NCBI GenBank assembly: GCA_948468045.1
Contig: CAOKGO010000001.1
Coordinates: 15,215-79,214 of the forward strand
Length of the DNA stretch: 64,000 bases
Origin: an uncultured Clostridium sp.
GTDB taxonomy: Bacteria; Bacillota; Clostridia; TANB77; CAG-508
Reading direction: 5' to 3'
Shown piece by piece: positions 53,276 through 64,000 of the stretch; positions within the stretch are counted from its first letter, which is position 1, and every line of letters begins with the position of its first letter. The translations under genes were made by a program, and so were the position numbers. The notes below the pieces were generated by a model, which saw nothing but the letters and a program-made list of their open reading frames with translations, ran no database searches and was not told where the DNA came from.

Positions 53276-53736
53276 AAACACCACCTCACTTTCTGATAGC
53301 AAGCTATCTAAGTCAAAGTGGCAACACAACTACTTATCTCATTTCTATCTTTAACTACTATACTACATATTTTATAATAATACAAGCGAACAAAAACAAA
53401 ATTTCGCATATTTTTATATTCCAATAAAGTAATAAATTTAATTTACAAAGTATACTATCAAAAAATCTAAATAAAGAGCAAGAAACTATTAAATAATAAT
53501 ATAGATATACAATAATTTATTAATAGTTATACTATAAGAATTTGCTTACATCAAAGTACAACAATTATACAGCAAATTTTTACTGAACTGTGGTAATCTA
53601 TGATAGACATCTATCTTCTAAAACAAAAATACTCCCTTAAAAAGAGAGTATTTCTGAAAAGAGAGTATTTCTGCATTTTGTACCTTTATGCAATAATATA
53701 TACTATTATATGATAATTGCTTAAAAGTACAGATTA

Positions 53737-53754
53737 TTGGAGGCCGTCCCCAAA
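53737..53754 (-). terminator. Short G/C hairpin TTGGAGG-CCG-TCCCCAA (core GGGGACGGCC on minus strand) just after the gdpP stop
   Basis: Imperfect inverted repeat; no clear U-run. Confidence 0.35.
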
Positions 53755-53756
53755 TC

Positions 53757-55772
53757 CTAATTTTCTAATTCTGATAAGTATTCGTTTATTCTGTTGATTA
53801 GTTCCTGTTTTGTTTCTTCCATTGTCATATCTTCTACCTGTGCACCAGCAAGTGTTATGTGCCCTCCACCACCTAGTTTTTCTAGTATTACTTGTACGTT
53901 TATGTCTCCTATGGAACGTCCACTTATACAAACTTTGTCTCCTAGTTGCCCTATTACAAATGATGCTGTTACTTCACTTATTGTTAATAGTTCATCTGCT
54001 GCTTTTGCACATAAAACATTTACATCTTTTGATTTTTCTTCACATATTGAGATTGCTATTGTGTCATTTACTATTTCTGCTATTTTTACAATTTCAGCTA
54101 TTTTGTTAAAGCTTTCTAAGTCACTTTGGAACCATTTTTTTACACGTATGATTTCAACTCCACATCTACGTAAGTATGCCGCTGCTTCAAATGTTCTTAC
54201 TCCTGTTTTGAATGTGAAGTTTTTGGTGTCCATCATTATTCCTGCATATAGGCTTTCTGCTTCTATTGTTTTTAGTTCTATTTTTTCTTCAACATATTGT
54301 AATAGTTCTGTTACTAATTCTGCAGTAGATGATGCATAGACTTCTTGGAATGTAAGTGTTGCATTTTCTATAAAATCTGCACTTCTTCTGTGATGGTCTA
54401 TTATTACTATTTTTTTAACTTTGTCTAATATTTCGGATGATTCTATGTAATTTGATTTATGTGTGTCTACTATTACTAATAGTGTGTCTTCATCTATATT
54501 TTCTAATGCTACTTCTTTGTTTATTATTACATCTTCATATTCTTCGTCTTTTTCAATAAATTGTCTAAAGGCATCTAATGTTGGATTTTTTATGTCCATT
54601 ACAATATATGTGTTTTTTTCTAATGATTTGGCTAGACGATAAATTCCCAAACTTGCTCCTACACAGTCCATGTCTGGATTGATATGTCCCATTATCATTA
54701 CTTTTTTAGATTCTTTTATTAGGTTTTCTAAGCTTTTGGCTACAATTCTTGCTTTTACTTTTGTCCTTTTTTCTACTTCTTGCGCTCTTCCACCAAAGAA
54801 TTTGTATATTTCATTTTCTCTAATAACTGCTTGGTCTCCACCTCGCCCTAAAACAATGTCCATAGCTGCTTGCGCAGATTTGTATTTTTCTTTGTCAGTT
54901 CTTCCCTCATTTGAAACTGCAATACTTAATGTGAATTGTACTTTTTCTTTGATGTCAACATCTTTTATTTTGTCTAATATACTAAATTTGTCTTCTTTTA
55001 TGCTGTCTAAGTATCTTTGCTCAAAAAAGTAAATATATCTGTCTTTTTCTGTTTTTATTAAAACTCCATTTGTACTATCTGACCATTCATAAATGTATTT
55101 GTCAATTTCTGCAATGGCTTGAGGTTTTTCTTCACTTTCTAGCATTTGCATTGTTTCTTCGTAGTTGTCTATCATAAGAATGGCAACACAGGCTTTTGAG
55201 TCTTGATATTCTCTTTGTAATTTGATGTTTTCTGTGTCATCTATAAAGTAAATGATAACCATGTATTCTTTTTTGCTTTTTTTACTGTTTACGTATCTTC
55301 CAACTATACGATAAGTTTTATTGTCAATTTCTACTTGTTTTATTATTTCTTGATTTGTTTTTTCTTTGTTATGGTTTTGTCTTTCTATTTCACTTTTTAT
55401 GTCAATGCTTAATTCTTTGATATAACTATTAATATCAATGTTTGCAAATTCAGAAACAAACCTTGCACTTCTCCACACTATGTTTCCGTCTGTTTCTAGT
55501 ATTACAAGTGGAAATGGAGAGTTTATTAAACTTGTTTTTGCTGCTGTGTCCACTTTTAATGTTAGGTCTTGCAATGTTTCTGATATTTCACTTTTTCTTT
55601 TATTATTGGTGTAGTAACTATATATTACTATTAATAAGAATATTACTGCTGATGGTAATATCATATATTTATTTTGAATTGCTATGTATGCTAGTAATAT
55701 GAAAATAATGCTTAAGTATATTTTTGTTCTAGATACGAGTGTTTCTAAAACTTTTCGGTTGGTTTTCTGCAT
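53757..55772 (-). CDS. gdpP: GdpP-type DHH/DHHA1 phosphodiesterase (c-di-AMP phosphodiesterase family)
   Basis: Two N-terminal TM segments, DHH motifs (HINPDMDCVGAS, IIDHHRR) and DHHA1 GGGGH. Confidence 0.85.
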   Translation of the reverse strand: MQKTNRKVLETLVSRTKIYLSIIFILLAYIAIQNKYMILPSAVIFLLIVIYSYYTNNKRKSEISETLQDLTLKVDTAAKTSLINSPFPLVILETDGNIVWRSARFVSEFANIDINSYIKELSIDIKSEIERQNHNKEKTNQEIIKQVEIDNKTYRIVGRYVNSKKSKKEYMVIIYFIDDTENIKLQREYQDSKACVAILMIDNYEETMQMLESEEKPQAIAEIDKYIYEWSDSTNGVLIKTEKDRYIYFFEQRYLDSIKEDKFSILDKIKDVDIKEKVQFTLSIAVSNEGRTDKEKYKSAQAAMDIVLGRGGDQAVIRENEIYKFFGGRAQEVEKRTKVKARIVAKSLENLIKESKKVMIMGHINPDMDCVGASLGIYRLAKSLEKNTYIVMDIKNPTLDAFRQFIEKDEEYEDVIINKEVALENIDEDTLLVIVDTHKSNYIESSEILDKVKKIVIIDHHRRSADFIENATLTFQEVYASSTAELVTELLQYVEEKIELKTIEAESLYAGIMMDTKNFTFKTGVRTFEAAAYLRRCGVEIIRVKKWFQSDLESFNKIAEIVKIAEIVNDTIAISICEEKSKDVNVLCAKAADELLTISEVTASFVIGQLGDKVCISGRSIGDINVQVILEKLGGGGHITLAGAQVEDMTMEETKQELINRINEYLSELEN

Positions 55773-55800
55773 ATTTTTTCTCCTTATTTTTATTAAAAGA

Positions 55801-55829
55801 TAGGATTTGGGGGCCGTCCCTAAATCCTA
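55801..55829 (-). terminator. Hairpin TAGGATTT/AAATCCTA with core GGGGGCCGTCCC overlapping the rpoC stop codon
   Basis: Inverted repeat read directly. Confidence 0.5.
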
Positions 55830-58800
55830 CATATTTTCTTCTTCTAGTTCATTTTCTGTGCTTATATGAATGTTTTGGTATCTTTGCATTCCTGTTCCTG
55901 CTGGTATTAGTTTACCTATTATAACGTTTTCTTTTAGTCCTACTAAGTCGTCTGTTTTTCCTTTTACTGCTGCTTCTGTTAGTACTCTTGTTGTTTCTTG
56001 GAATGATGCTGCTGATAAGAAACTGTCTGTTGCAAGTGATGCTTTTGTAATTCCTAGTAATACTCGTTTTCCTGTTGCTGGACGTTTTCCTTGTGATTCT
56101 ACTTCTTTGTTTTTTTCTTCAAATTCATACATATCTATTAATGAACCTGGGAACATGTCTGTGTCGGCATTGTCTTCTACTCTTACTTTTTTAAGCATTT
56201 GTCTTCCTATTACTTCGATGTGTTTGTCATTTATATCAACACCTTGGTTTCTATATACTTTTTGTACTTCAGATATTAAGTATTCATAAACTCCTTCTGG
56301 TCCTTTGATTTCTAAGATTTCACTTGGATTGATTGAACCCTCTATTAAGGCTTCTCCTGCTTCTACTAAGTCTCCATCTCTTACTTTCATTTTTGAACCA
56401 AATGGAATTGTGTATGTTTTAGAATTGTCATTAGATGTTACTATTACTTCTTTTTTCTTTTTTGTTTCTTTTATTTTTACTTTACCATCAATTTCAGAGA
56501 TTATTGCTAATCCTTTTGGTTTTCTAGCTTCAAATAGTTCTTCTACCCTTGGAAGACCTTGTGTTATGTCTGCTACACCTGCAACTCCGTCCTGAGTGAA
56601 TTGTTCTCATTGTTAGCTGTGTTCCTGGCTCTCCAATTGATTGGGCTGCAATTATACCTATCGCTTCTCCAATAGATACTAGGTCACGTCTTGCTAATCC
56701 CATACCATAACATTTTTGACATACACCATGTTTTGAACGACATCCTAATACTGAACGTACTTTTAGTTTTTCTATTCCTGCTTCTACTATTTTGTCTGCT
56801 ATATTTTCTGTAATCATTGTGTCTTTGTCTACTATTAGTTCTTTTGTTTTTGGATGTATTACATCTTCTATTGCAAACCTTCCGAAGTAGTCTTTCTTGC
56901 ATTTTTTCAATTATTTGGTTTCCGTCTTTGATGTCATATACTAATATACCATCTTGAGTTCCACAATTATCTTCTCTTACTATTATGTCTTGTGAAACGT
57001 CAACTAGTCTTCTTGTTAAGTAACCAGAGTCAGCTGTTCTTAAGGCTGTGTCTGAAAGTCCTTTACGTGCTCCATGGGCTGAAATGAAGTATTCTAGGGC
57101 ATCTAGTCCTTCTGCAAATGATGATTTGATTGGAATTTCTACTGCTTTACCTGTTGTACTTGCCATAAGTCCACGTATACCTGCAATTTGTCTTAATTGG
57201 TTCATATTACCACGGGCACCTGATTTAACCATCATGTATATTGGGTTTAGCTCGTCAAAGTTTTCTTCCATTGCTGTACTTACTTGTTTTGTAATTTCTT
57301 CCCATACATTGATTACTGCTTTATATCTTTCTTCGTCTGTTATTAGACCTCTTGCATATTGTTTTCTTATTGTTTCTACTTTTTTGTCTGCTTCTTGTAA
57401 TAAGTCTTTTTTTGCTGCTGGCACTTGTACATCATCCATTGAAAATGTGATTCCTGCTAATGTTGAATATTTGAATCCTAATGCTTTTATATAGTCTATT
57501 ACTTCAGCTGATTCTGAAAGTCCATGTGTTCTAATTACTCTTTCTATTATTGTTCCCATTGATTTTTTCATAACTGGGAAGTCAATTTCATATTGGAATG
57601 GATCTTTTTTTCTATCTATAAATCCTAAGTCTTGTGGTATTCCTTTGTTGAAGATTATTCTTCCAACACTTGTTTCAATTTTTTTGGATTTTATTTCTCC
57701 TTTAATTTCTTTTTCTATTCTTACAAAGATTTTAGCATGTATTCCTACATCGTGATTTTCAAATGCCATGATGGCTTCTTCTGGGTCTTTGAAGTATTTT
57801 CCCTCTCCTTTTTGCCCATCTATTGTCATTGTTAGGTAATAACTTCCTAAAATCATGTCTAGTCTAGGTACTGCAACTGGTTTACCATCTTGTGGTTTTA
57901 ATAGGTTGTTTGTTGATAACATTAAGTATCTTGATTCTGCTTGTGCTTCTGGTGATAATGGTAAGTGTACAGCCATTTGGTCACCATCGAAGTCAGCGTT
58001 AAATGCTTCACAAACTAATGGGTGAAGTTTTATTGCTCTTCCGTTCTACTAGTACTGGTTCGAAACTTTGAATTCCAAGTCTATGTAGTGTTGGAGCACG
58101 GTTTAGCATTACTGGATGGTCTTTTATAACTTCTTCTAATATTCCCCATACTTCTGGTCTTAGTCTTTCTACCATTCTTTTTGCGTTTTTGATGTTTTGT
58201 GCTATTCCTCTTCCTACTAATTCTCTCATTACAAATGGTTTGAATAGTTCTACTGCCATTTCTTTTGGAAGTCCACATTGGTAAATTTTTAGTTCTGGTC
58301 CTACTACTATAACTGAACGTCCTGAGTAGTCAACACGTTTTCCAAGTAGGTTTTGACGGAAACGTCCTTGTTTTCCTTTTAACATGTCTGATAGAGATTT
58401 TAATGGTCTGTTTCCTGCTCCTGTTACTGGTCTTCCTCTTCTTCCATTGTCTATTAGGGCATCTACTGATTCTTGTAACATTCTTTTTTCGTTTCTTACA
58501 ATGATTTCTGGTGCTCCTAATTCTAGTAGTCTTTTTAGTCTGTTGTTTCTGTTTATTACTCTTCTGTATAGGTCATTTAGGTCTGATGTTGCAAATCTAC
58601 CACCATCTAATTGTACCATTGGTCTTAGTTCTGGTGGGATTACTGGTACTACTTGCATAATCATCCATTCTGGTCTGTTTCCAGAAATACGGAAAGCTTC
58701 TACTGTGTCTAATCTTTTTACAAGTTTTACTCTTTTTTGTTCACTTGCGTTTTCTAGTTCTTTCCTAATTTCTGCTGATAGGGCTTCTAAGTCTACTTGT

Positions 58801-59342
58801 GATAATAGTTCTTTTAATGCTTCTGCTCCCATTTTTGCTTTAAATGAACCTTTTCCATATTGTTCTTCTGCTTCATGGTATTCTTTTTCGTTTAATACTT
58901 GGCATTTTTCTAGGTTACTTGTTCCTTTGTCTATTACTACATATGATGCAAAGTATATTACTTTTTCTAGGTTTCTTGGTGATATGTCTAGCATTAAGGC
59001 TATTCTGCTAGGTATTCCTTTGAAGTACCATATATGTGCTACTGGTGCTGCTAATTCAATGTGTCCCATTCTTTCACGTCTAACTTTTGCTTTTGTTACT
59101 TCAACTCCACAACGGTCACATACGATTCCTTTATATCTTACTCTCTTATATTTTCCACAGTGACATTCCCAGTCTTTTGTTGGCCCAAATATTCTTTCAC
59201 AGAATAAACCGTCTTTTTCTGGTTTTAGTGTTCTATAATTTATTGTTTCTGGCTTTTTTACTTCTCCTTTTGACCATTCTCTGACTTTTTCGTCTGATGC
59301 CACTCCTATTTTTAGTTTGTTAAAAATATCTAATTCGTCCAC
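55827..59342 (-). CDS. rpoC: DNA-directed RNA polymerase subunit beta'; continuous only if the C of three in-frame CGG codons is skipped
   Basis: The gene is split into four ORFs. The junctions restore [54 protein letters not shown] and [44 protein letters not shown] start follows GGGAGG. Confidence 0.95.
56587..56589 (-). other. In-frame CGG at +1 site (rpoC, third site, GGA [C]GGA)
   Basis: (56910-56589) is divisible by 3. GGA at 56588 is in phase with ORF 55827..56390. Confidence 0.9.
56882..56884 (-). other. In-frame CGG at +1 site (rpoC, second site, CTT [C]GGA)
   Basis: (57976-56884) is divisible by 3. GGA at 56883 is in phase with ORF 56530..56910. Confidence 0.9.
58041..58043 (-). 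other. In-frame CGG at +1 site (rpoC, first site, GAA [C]GGA)
   Basis: (59342-58043) is divisible by 3. GGA at 58042 is in phase with ORF 56684..57976. Confidence 0.9.
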
Positions 59343-59446
59343 TCTTTTTCCTCCCTTTTAATATTGGGTGTTTATTTCAAAACAGATTTCAAAGTCTTTC
59401 CATTGCTCGAACAATTCCTTGGGGTCGCTTTTTGTCTTTTTGAAAT

Positions 59447-59554
59447 TTATTTAGTTAGTTCTTTTTGTATAAATTCTTTAATAACTGGTATATCTTCAAT
59501 TGCTGTATAATACTTAAGCATATGTTTTAATATCGTGATATCTCTATTATCCAT
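59447..59554 (-). pseudogene. Truncated HEPN/DUF86-like toxin remnant (35 codons) overlapping the MNT gene stop (ATGGATAA)
   Basis: MDNRDITILKHMLKYYTAIEDIPVIKEF.. resembles DUF86 N-termini but stops after 35 aa. Full-length family members are about three to four times longer. Confidence 0.4.
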
Positions 59555-59879
59555 ATATCATCACTCTTTCTTTTTTTATGTTATCATAAAATTCTTGTTC
59601 CCAGTCTTCCATGTTATTTTCTTCAAAACATTCTTCTTCTATTAAATCAACTTCTTTTTGTAATGCTTGTTTTAAAGCTTCTAGAATGGCTCCTATTATT
59701 AATAAACTTCTTATGTTTTTAGCAACTATAATTATATCAATGTCACTATTTTCATTGTAGTCTCCTCTAGCATAAGAACCAAAAACATATGCTTTTTCAA
59801 CTCCATATTCTTTGAACACTGGCTCTGTTAGTTTTTTTATTTGAGTAATTGCCTCTTGATTTTTTTCACTATTTTTCAT
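59547..59879 (-). CDS. Nucleotidyltransferase-domain protein (MNT-type antitoxin)
   Basis: VFGSYARGDYNENSDIDIII minimal nucleotidyltransferase motif. Confidence 0.75.
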   Translation of the reverse strand: MKNSEKNQEAITQIKKLTEPVFKEYGVEKAYVFGSYARGDYNENSDIDIIIVAKNIRSLLIIGAILEALKQALQKEVDLIEEECFEENNMEDWEQEFYDNIKKERVMIYG

Positions 59880-60291
59880 AGGCTTTTCTCCTTAATTTAA
59901 ATAAAAATCTTTGTTATATATTGTTTTCCCATTAAAATTAATAATAAGTTCTTTCCTCTCAATTTCTGTGACCATCGATGGTCCTTTAGAGTATTTATCT
60001 GCACTAACCAACTTACTTGTTTCTATTTTAACTTTAAAACCAAAATGTATTAATATTGCTATAATTATCTCAAAAATTATAACTATTATAGCTCCTATAA
60101 TGATTTTTTTATATTCATTCTTGTTACTCTTTCATTACTCGACTAATTTTATAAAACGGAATAAATTAGGTATATTACTAGGCAATTCGGAAAGTAAAAC
60201 CGGAGGCGTACGTCTGTACGTTGAGGATTTTACTTTTCGAATTAACGACGTAAGATGCCTGATTTAGTTCGTTTTTACAAGGTTCGTTTTA

Positions 60292-63200
60292 CTAGATAAT
60301 ATCCTCATCATTATCAATATTGTCATTTGCTAGGTCACTATCAAATAGCATTTCATCGCCTTCATCTCCTAGTTCTTCAAAGAATTCGTCGCTGTCTTCT
60401 TCTATGGTGTTTGTTTCGTCATCTAGTAGTATGTCATCTTCAATTTCTTCGCTGTATCCATCTAAGTCTTCATCCATGATTACTTGGTCTTCTGATAGGA
60501 CTTTTTTGTCTTTTTCTGGGTCATATTCGATACCCTCTTCTATGTTTTCTTTTAGTTCTAGTTCTTGGTTGTCTTCTGAGTATAGACGAACGTCTAAACC
60601 TAGTGATTGTAGTTCTTTTACAAGAACTTTGAAGCTTTCTGGAACTCCTGGTTCTGGTACGTTTTCTCCTTTTACTATTGCTTCATAGGTTTTTACTCTT
60701 CCTACAATATCATCTGATTTTACTGTTAGCATTTCTTGTAATGTGTATGATGCACCATAAGCCTCTAATGCCCAAACTTCCATTTCTCCAAAACGTTGAC
60801 CACCAAATTGTGCTTTTCCTCCTAATGGTTGTTGTGTTACTAGTGAGTATGGTCCAGTTGAACGAGCATGGATTTTGTCGTCTACTAAGTGGTGTAGTTT
60901 TAACATATACATAACTCCGACTGTTATTGGTTTATCAAATGGATCTCCTGTTCTTCCATCATAAAGGATTGTTTTTCCATTTTCATTCATGTTTGCTTCT
61001 GCTAATAATTCTTGAACGTCTTTTTGAGTTGCTCCATCAAATACTGGTGTAGCAATTTTCCATCCTAGTGCTTTTGCTGCTCCTCCTAAGTGTACTTCTA
61101 AAACTTGACCTAAGTTCATACGTGATGGAACACCTAATGGGTTTAATAAGATGTCTATTGGTGTACCGTCTGGCATGAATGGCATGTCTTCTTCTGGTAA
61201 TACTCTTGATATAACACCTTTGTTACCATGACGTCCAGCCATTTTGTCTCCTACTGATATTTTTCTTTTTGTTGCTATATAGCATCTAATTATTTGGTTT
61301 ACACCTGGTCCTAATTCGTCTGAATTGTCTCTTGTGAATATTTTTACATCTACTATTGTTCCTTGTTCTCCATGTGGTACTCTTAGTGATGTGTCTCTTA
61401 CTTCTCTTGCTTTTTCACCAAATATTGCTCTTAATAGTCTTTCTTCTGCTGTTAGTTCTGTTTCTCCTTTTGGTGTAACTTTACCTACTAAGATGTCTCC
61501 TGGTCTTACTTCTGCTCCAATACGGATAATTCCGTTTTCGTCTAGGTCTTTTAGTGAGTCATCTCCAATGTTTGGTATGTCACGTGTAATTTCTTCTGCT
61601 CCTAGTTTTGTGTCACGACATTCACAGTCATATTCTTCTATATGGATAGATGTGAATACATCTTCTTTTACTAATTTTTCGTTTATTAGAATAGCGTCTT
61701 CGTAGTTGTATCCTTCCCATGTTGAGAATGCTACTAATACGTTTTTACCAAGTGCCATTTCTCCATTTTGTGTAGATGGCCCGTCTGCAATGGCATCTCC
61801 TTTTTTGACTTTTTCTCCTTTTTTAACAATTGGTTTTTGATTAATACATGTACCGCCATTTGTTCTTTTGAATTTGCGAAGTTTGTGTGTTATTGTTTTT
61901 CCACTATCGTATTTTACTGTAATTGCGTCTCCTGTTACTTTTTCAATTGTTCCATCTTCTTCTGCTAGTACTAGTATTCCAGAGTCTTTGGCTGCTCTAT
62001 ATTCAATTCCTGTTCCTACTATTGGACTTTCTGTTATCATTAATGGAACTGCTTGACGTTGCATGTTTGCTCCCATTAAGGCTCTTTTTGCGTCATCATG
62101 TTCTAAGAATGGTATCATGGCTGCTGCAATAGAAACTAATTGTTTTGGTGAAACGTCAACATATTGCACTTTTTCACTGTCTACTTCGATAACTTCGTTT
62201 TTAAATCTAACTCTGATACGTGGATTTACGAATTTTCCATTTTTGTCAACTGGTTCAGATGCTTGTGCAATTATGTAGTTGTCTTCTACGTCTGCACTCA
62301 TGTATTCTACTATGTCTGTTAGTTTGTGTGTTTTTGGGTCTACTTTTCTATATGGTGTTTCGATGAAACCATATTCGTTGATGTTTGCAAATGATGAAAG
62401 CGCTGATATTAACCCAATGTTTGGCCCTTCTGGTGATTCTATTGGACATAGTCTTCCATAATGGGTGTAGTGAACGTCACGAACCTCAAATCCTGCTCTT
62501 TCTCTTGTTAGTCCTCCTGGTCCTAATGCTGATATTCTTCTTTTATGTGTTAGTTCTGAAAGTGGGTTTGTTTGATCCATGAATTGTGATAGTTGTGAGC
62601 TTCCAAAGAATTCACGTATTGCTGATGTTATTGGTTTTGTGTTTATTAATGTTTGTGGTGTTACAACGTCTAAGTCTTGTATTGTCATTCTTTCACGCAC
62701 TACTCTTTCTAGTCTTGTTAGTCCTATTCTGAATTGGTTTTGTAATAGTTCTCCAACTTGACGAATTCTACGGTTTGATAAATGGTCTATGTCATCTGGT
62801 TTTCCTAGTCCATGTGATAGGTTTAATAAGTAGTTTATTGATGCTATCATGTCTTCTGTTGTTATGTATTTTGGCGTTAATTCACTTTGTCTTTCTTCTA
62901 TTATTTTTACTAGGTCTTTTTTGTCTGTGTTGTCAATGATATTTTTTAATATATTGTAATTAACCATTTCTCTGAAATGTAGTTTACTTAAGTCTACATT
63001 TGGTAGTATTTTGTGTATATTTACTGTGCTGTTTCCAATTACTCTTACTTTTCTTTCTCCAACTAAAATGTCTACTATGTTTATTCCAGAATTTTGGATG
63101 TTTTCAGCTATTTCTTCTTCGATTATTTCTCCTGCTTGTACAAAGACTTCCCCTGTTTCGCTGTCTATTATGTCGTTTGCTGCTATTTTGTCTTTTATTC

Positions 63201-64000
63201 TTCCTGCTAATCCTAGTTTTTGGTTGAATTTGTAACGTCCTACTTTGAATAGGTCATATCTTTTGTTGTCATAGAATAGACCATTAAATAAGTTTCTTGC
63301 AGCGTCTGCTGTTGGTAGTTCTCCTGGTCTTAGTTTTTTGTATATTTCTATTAGTGCTTCGTCTTGGTCTTTTATTGTGTCTTTTGCTAATGTTGCTGTT
63401 ATCATTTCTTCATCACCAAATAGTTCTCTTATTTGGTCGTCTGATATTATTCCTATTGCTCTTAATAGTGTTGTTACTGGGACTTTTCTTGTTCTGTCAA
63501 CACGTACATAGAAGATGTCGTTTCCGTCTGTTTCGTATTCAAGCCATGCACCACGTAGTGGCATTACTGTTGAGTTGTATGTTCTTTTTCCTGTTTTTGT
63601 GTCAAATTCTTCTCCATAGTAACATCCAGGTGAACGTACTAATTGGCTTACTACAACTCTTTCTGCTCCATTGATTACAAATGTTCCACTGTCTGTCATT
63701 AGTGGAAAGTCTCCTAAGTAGATTTCTTGTTCTTTGATTTCTCCAGTTTCACGGTTGATTAGTCTTACTTTTACGTGTAATCTAGTTGAGTATGTAGCGT
63801 CTCTTTCTTTTGCTTCTTCTACACTGTATTTGGTTTTGTCTTCCATGTAATAATCGAAAAATTCAAGAACTAAGTTTCCTGAGTAGTCCTCTATTGGTGA
63901 TATGTCTTTTAATACTTCTCCTAGTCCTTCTTCTACAAACCAGTCATATGAGTCTTTTTGTACTTTGATTAGGTTTGGCATTTCGATATAGTCCCCAACT
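60292..64000 (-). CDS. rpoB: DNA-directed RNA polymerase subunit beta (5' end outside the window)
   Basis: The frame stays open upstream of ATG 63981 (..[18 protein letters not shown]). Conserved blocks are present throughout (e.g. GRHGNKGV). Long acidic C-terminal tail. No in-frame CGG. Confidence 0.95.
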   Translation of the reverse strand, partial: VGDYIEMPNLIKVQKDSYDWFVEEGLGEVLKDISPIEDYSGNLVLEFFDYYMEDKTKYSVEEAKERDATYSTRLHVKVRLINRETGEIKEQEIYLGDFPLMTDSGTFVINGAERVVVSQLVRSPGCYYGEEFDTKTGKRTYNSTVMPLRGAWLEYETDGNDIFYVRVDRTRKVPVTTLLRAIGIISDDQIRELFGDEEMITATLAKDTIKDQDEALIEIYKKLRPGELPTADAARNLFNGLFYDNKRYDLFKVGRYKFNQKLGLAGRIKDKIAANDIIDSETGEVFVQAGEIIEEEIAENIQNSGINIVDILVGERKVRVIGNSTVNIHKILPNVDLSKLHFREMVNYNILKNIIDNTDKKDLVKIIEERQSELTPKYITTEDMIASINYLLNLSHGLGKPDDIDHLSNRRIRQVGELLQNQFRIGLTRLERVVRERMTIQDLDVVTPQTLINTKPITSAIREFFGSSQLSQFMDQTNPLSELTHKRRISALGPGGLTRERAGFEVRDVHYTHYGRLCPIESPEGPNIGLISALSSFANINEYGFIETPYRKVDPKTHKLTDIVEYMSADVEDNYIIAQASEPVDKNGKFVNPRIRVRFKNEVIEVDSEKVQYVDVSPKQLVSIAAAMIPFLEHDDAKRALMGANMQRQAVPLMITESPIVGTGIEYRAAKDSGILVLAEEDGTIEKVTGDAITVKYDSGKTITHKLRKFKRTNGGTCINQKPIVKKGEKVKKGDAIADGPSTQNGEMALGKNVLVAFSTWEGYNYEDAILINEKLVKEDVFTSIHIEEYDCECRDTKLGAEEITRDIPNIGDDSLKDLDENGIIRIGAEVRPGDILVGKVTPKGETELTAEERLLRAIFGEKAREVRDTSLRVPHGEQGTIVDVKIFTRDNSDELGPGVNQIIRCYIATKRKISVGDKMAGRHGNKGVISRVLPEEDMPFMPDGTPIDILLNPLGVPSRMNLGQVLEVHLGGAAKALGWKIATPVFDGATQKDVQELLAEANMNENGKTILYDGRTGDPFDKPITVGVMYMLKLHHLVDDKIHARSTGPYSLVTQQPLGGKAQFGGQRFGEMEVWALEAYGASYTLQEMLTVKSDDIVGRVKTYEAIVKGENVPEPGVPESFKVLVKELQSLGLDVRLYSEDNQELELKENIEEGIEYDPEKDKKVLSEDQVIMDEDLDGYSEEIEDDILLDDETNTIEEDSDEFFEELGDEGDEMLFDSDLANDNIDNDEDII

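Noticed and set aside
60179-60260. tRNA-like element, or a special tRNA that could decode CGGN, in the CpG-rich segment after rpoB (contains CCGGAGG)
   Set aside because: It folds as one long nested hairpin (a 14-15 bp outer stem), not a cloverleaf. There is no T-arm, D-arm or CCA. No candidate suppressor tRNA was found anywhere in this window.
59911-60267. Plus-strand ORF of 118 aa in the rpoB-rpoC spacer
   Set aside because: It is hydrophobic low-complexity sequence antisense to a more plausible (though interrupted) minus-strand membrane ORF. It also runs through the long hairpin.
60292-60560. Long acidic C-terminal tail of RpoB (..[60 protein letters not shown])
   Set aside because: Acidic C-terminal extensions of the beta subunit are common in Firmicutes. 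This one is longer than some but not evidently special.

Overview
Very AT-rich, Firmicutes/Clostridia-like chromosomal window. tRNAs encode CCA, promoters match the TTGACA-17-TATAAT type, and most genes are on the minus strand. Core genes include rpoB (5' end outside the window), rpoC, gdpP, lysC, asd, rnc, topA, tmk, tex, corA, nadD and nadE. There is also a GldA/F/G-like ABC system, a GH3 plus glucoamylase-like sugar pair, a histidine kinase with an HD-GYP response regulator, and three tRNAs (Cys-GCA, Gly-GCC, Arg-TCT). The main result concerns in-frame CGG codons. Every sense-strand CGG that is in phase with its gene (13 sites, 9 genes, 3 of them in rpoC) lies exactly where the ORF track breaks the gene. 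Skipping the C and reading GGN restores a conserved glycine and the rest of the protein. About three dozen out-of-phase CGG trinucleotides and the in-frame CCG codons are unremarkable. This is either CGG-linked +1 recoding (frameshift or quadruplet decoding) or a very specific systematic sequence artefact. Other findings are listed here. Four convergent modules pair a small RNA with a hydrophobic peptide (type I toxin-antitoxin-like), with co-varying mirrored leaders. A roughly 610-nt promoter-to-terminator non-coding unit sits directly upstream of a 4-TM protein gene (OLE/OapA-like arrangement). A family of terminator hairpins has variable stems around a conserved GGGAC-type core. A composite three-hairpin intergenic repeat recurs several times. 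A small islet is bounded by a 17-nt duplication of the tRNA-Cys 3' end. An MNT plus truncated HEPN cassette is inserted between rpoB and rpoC.
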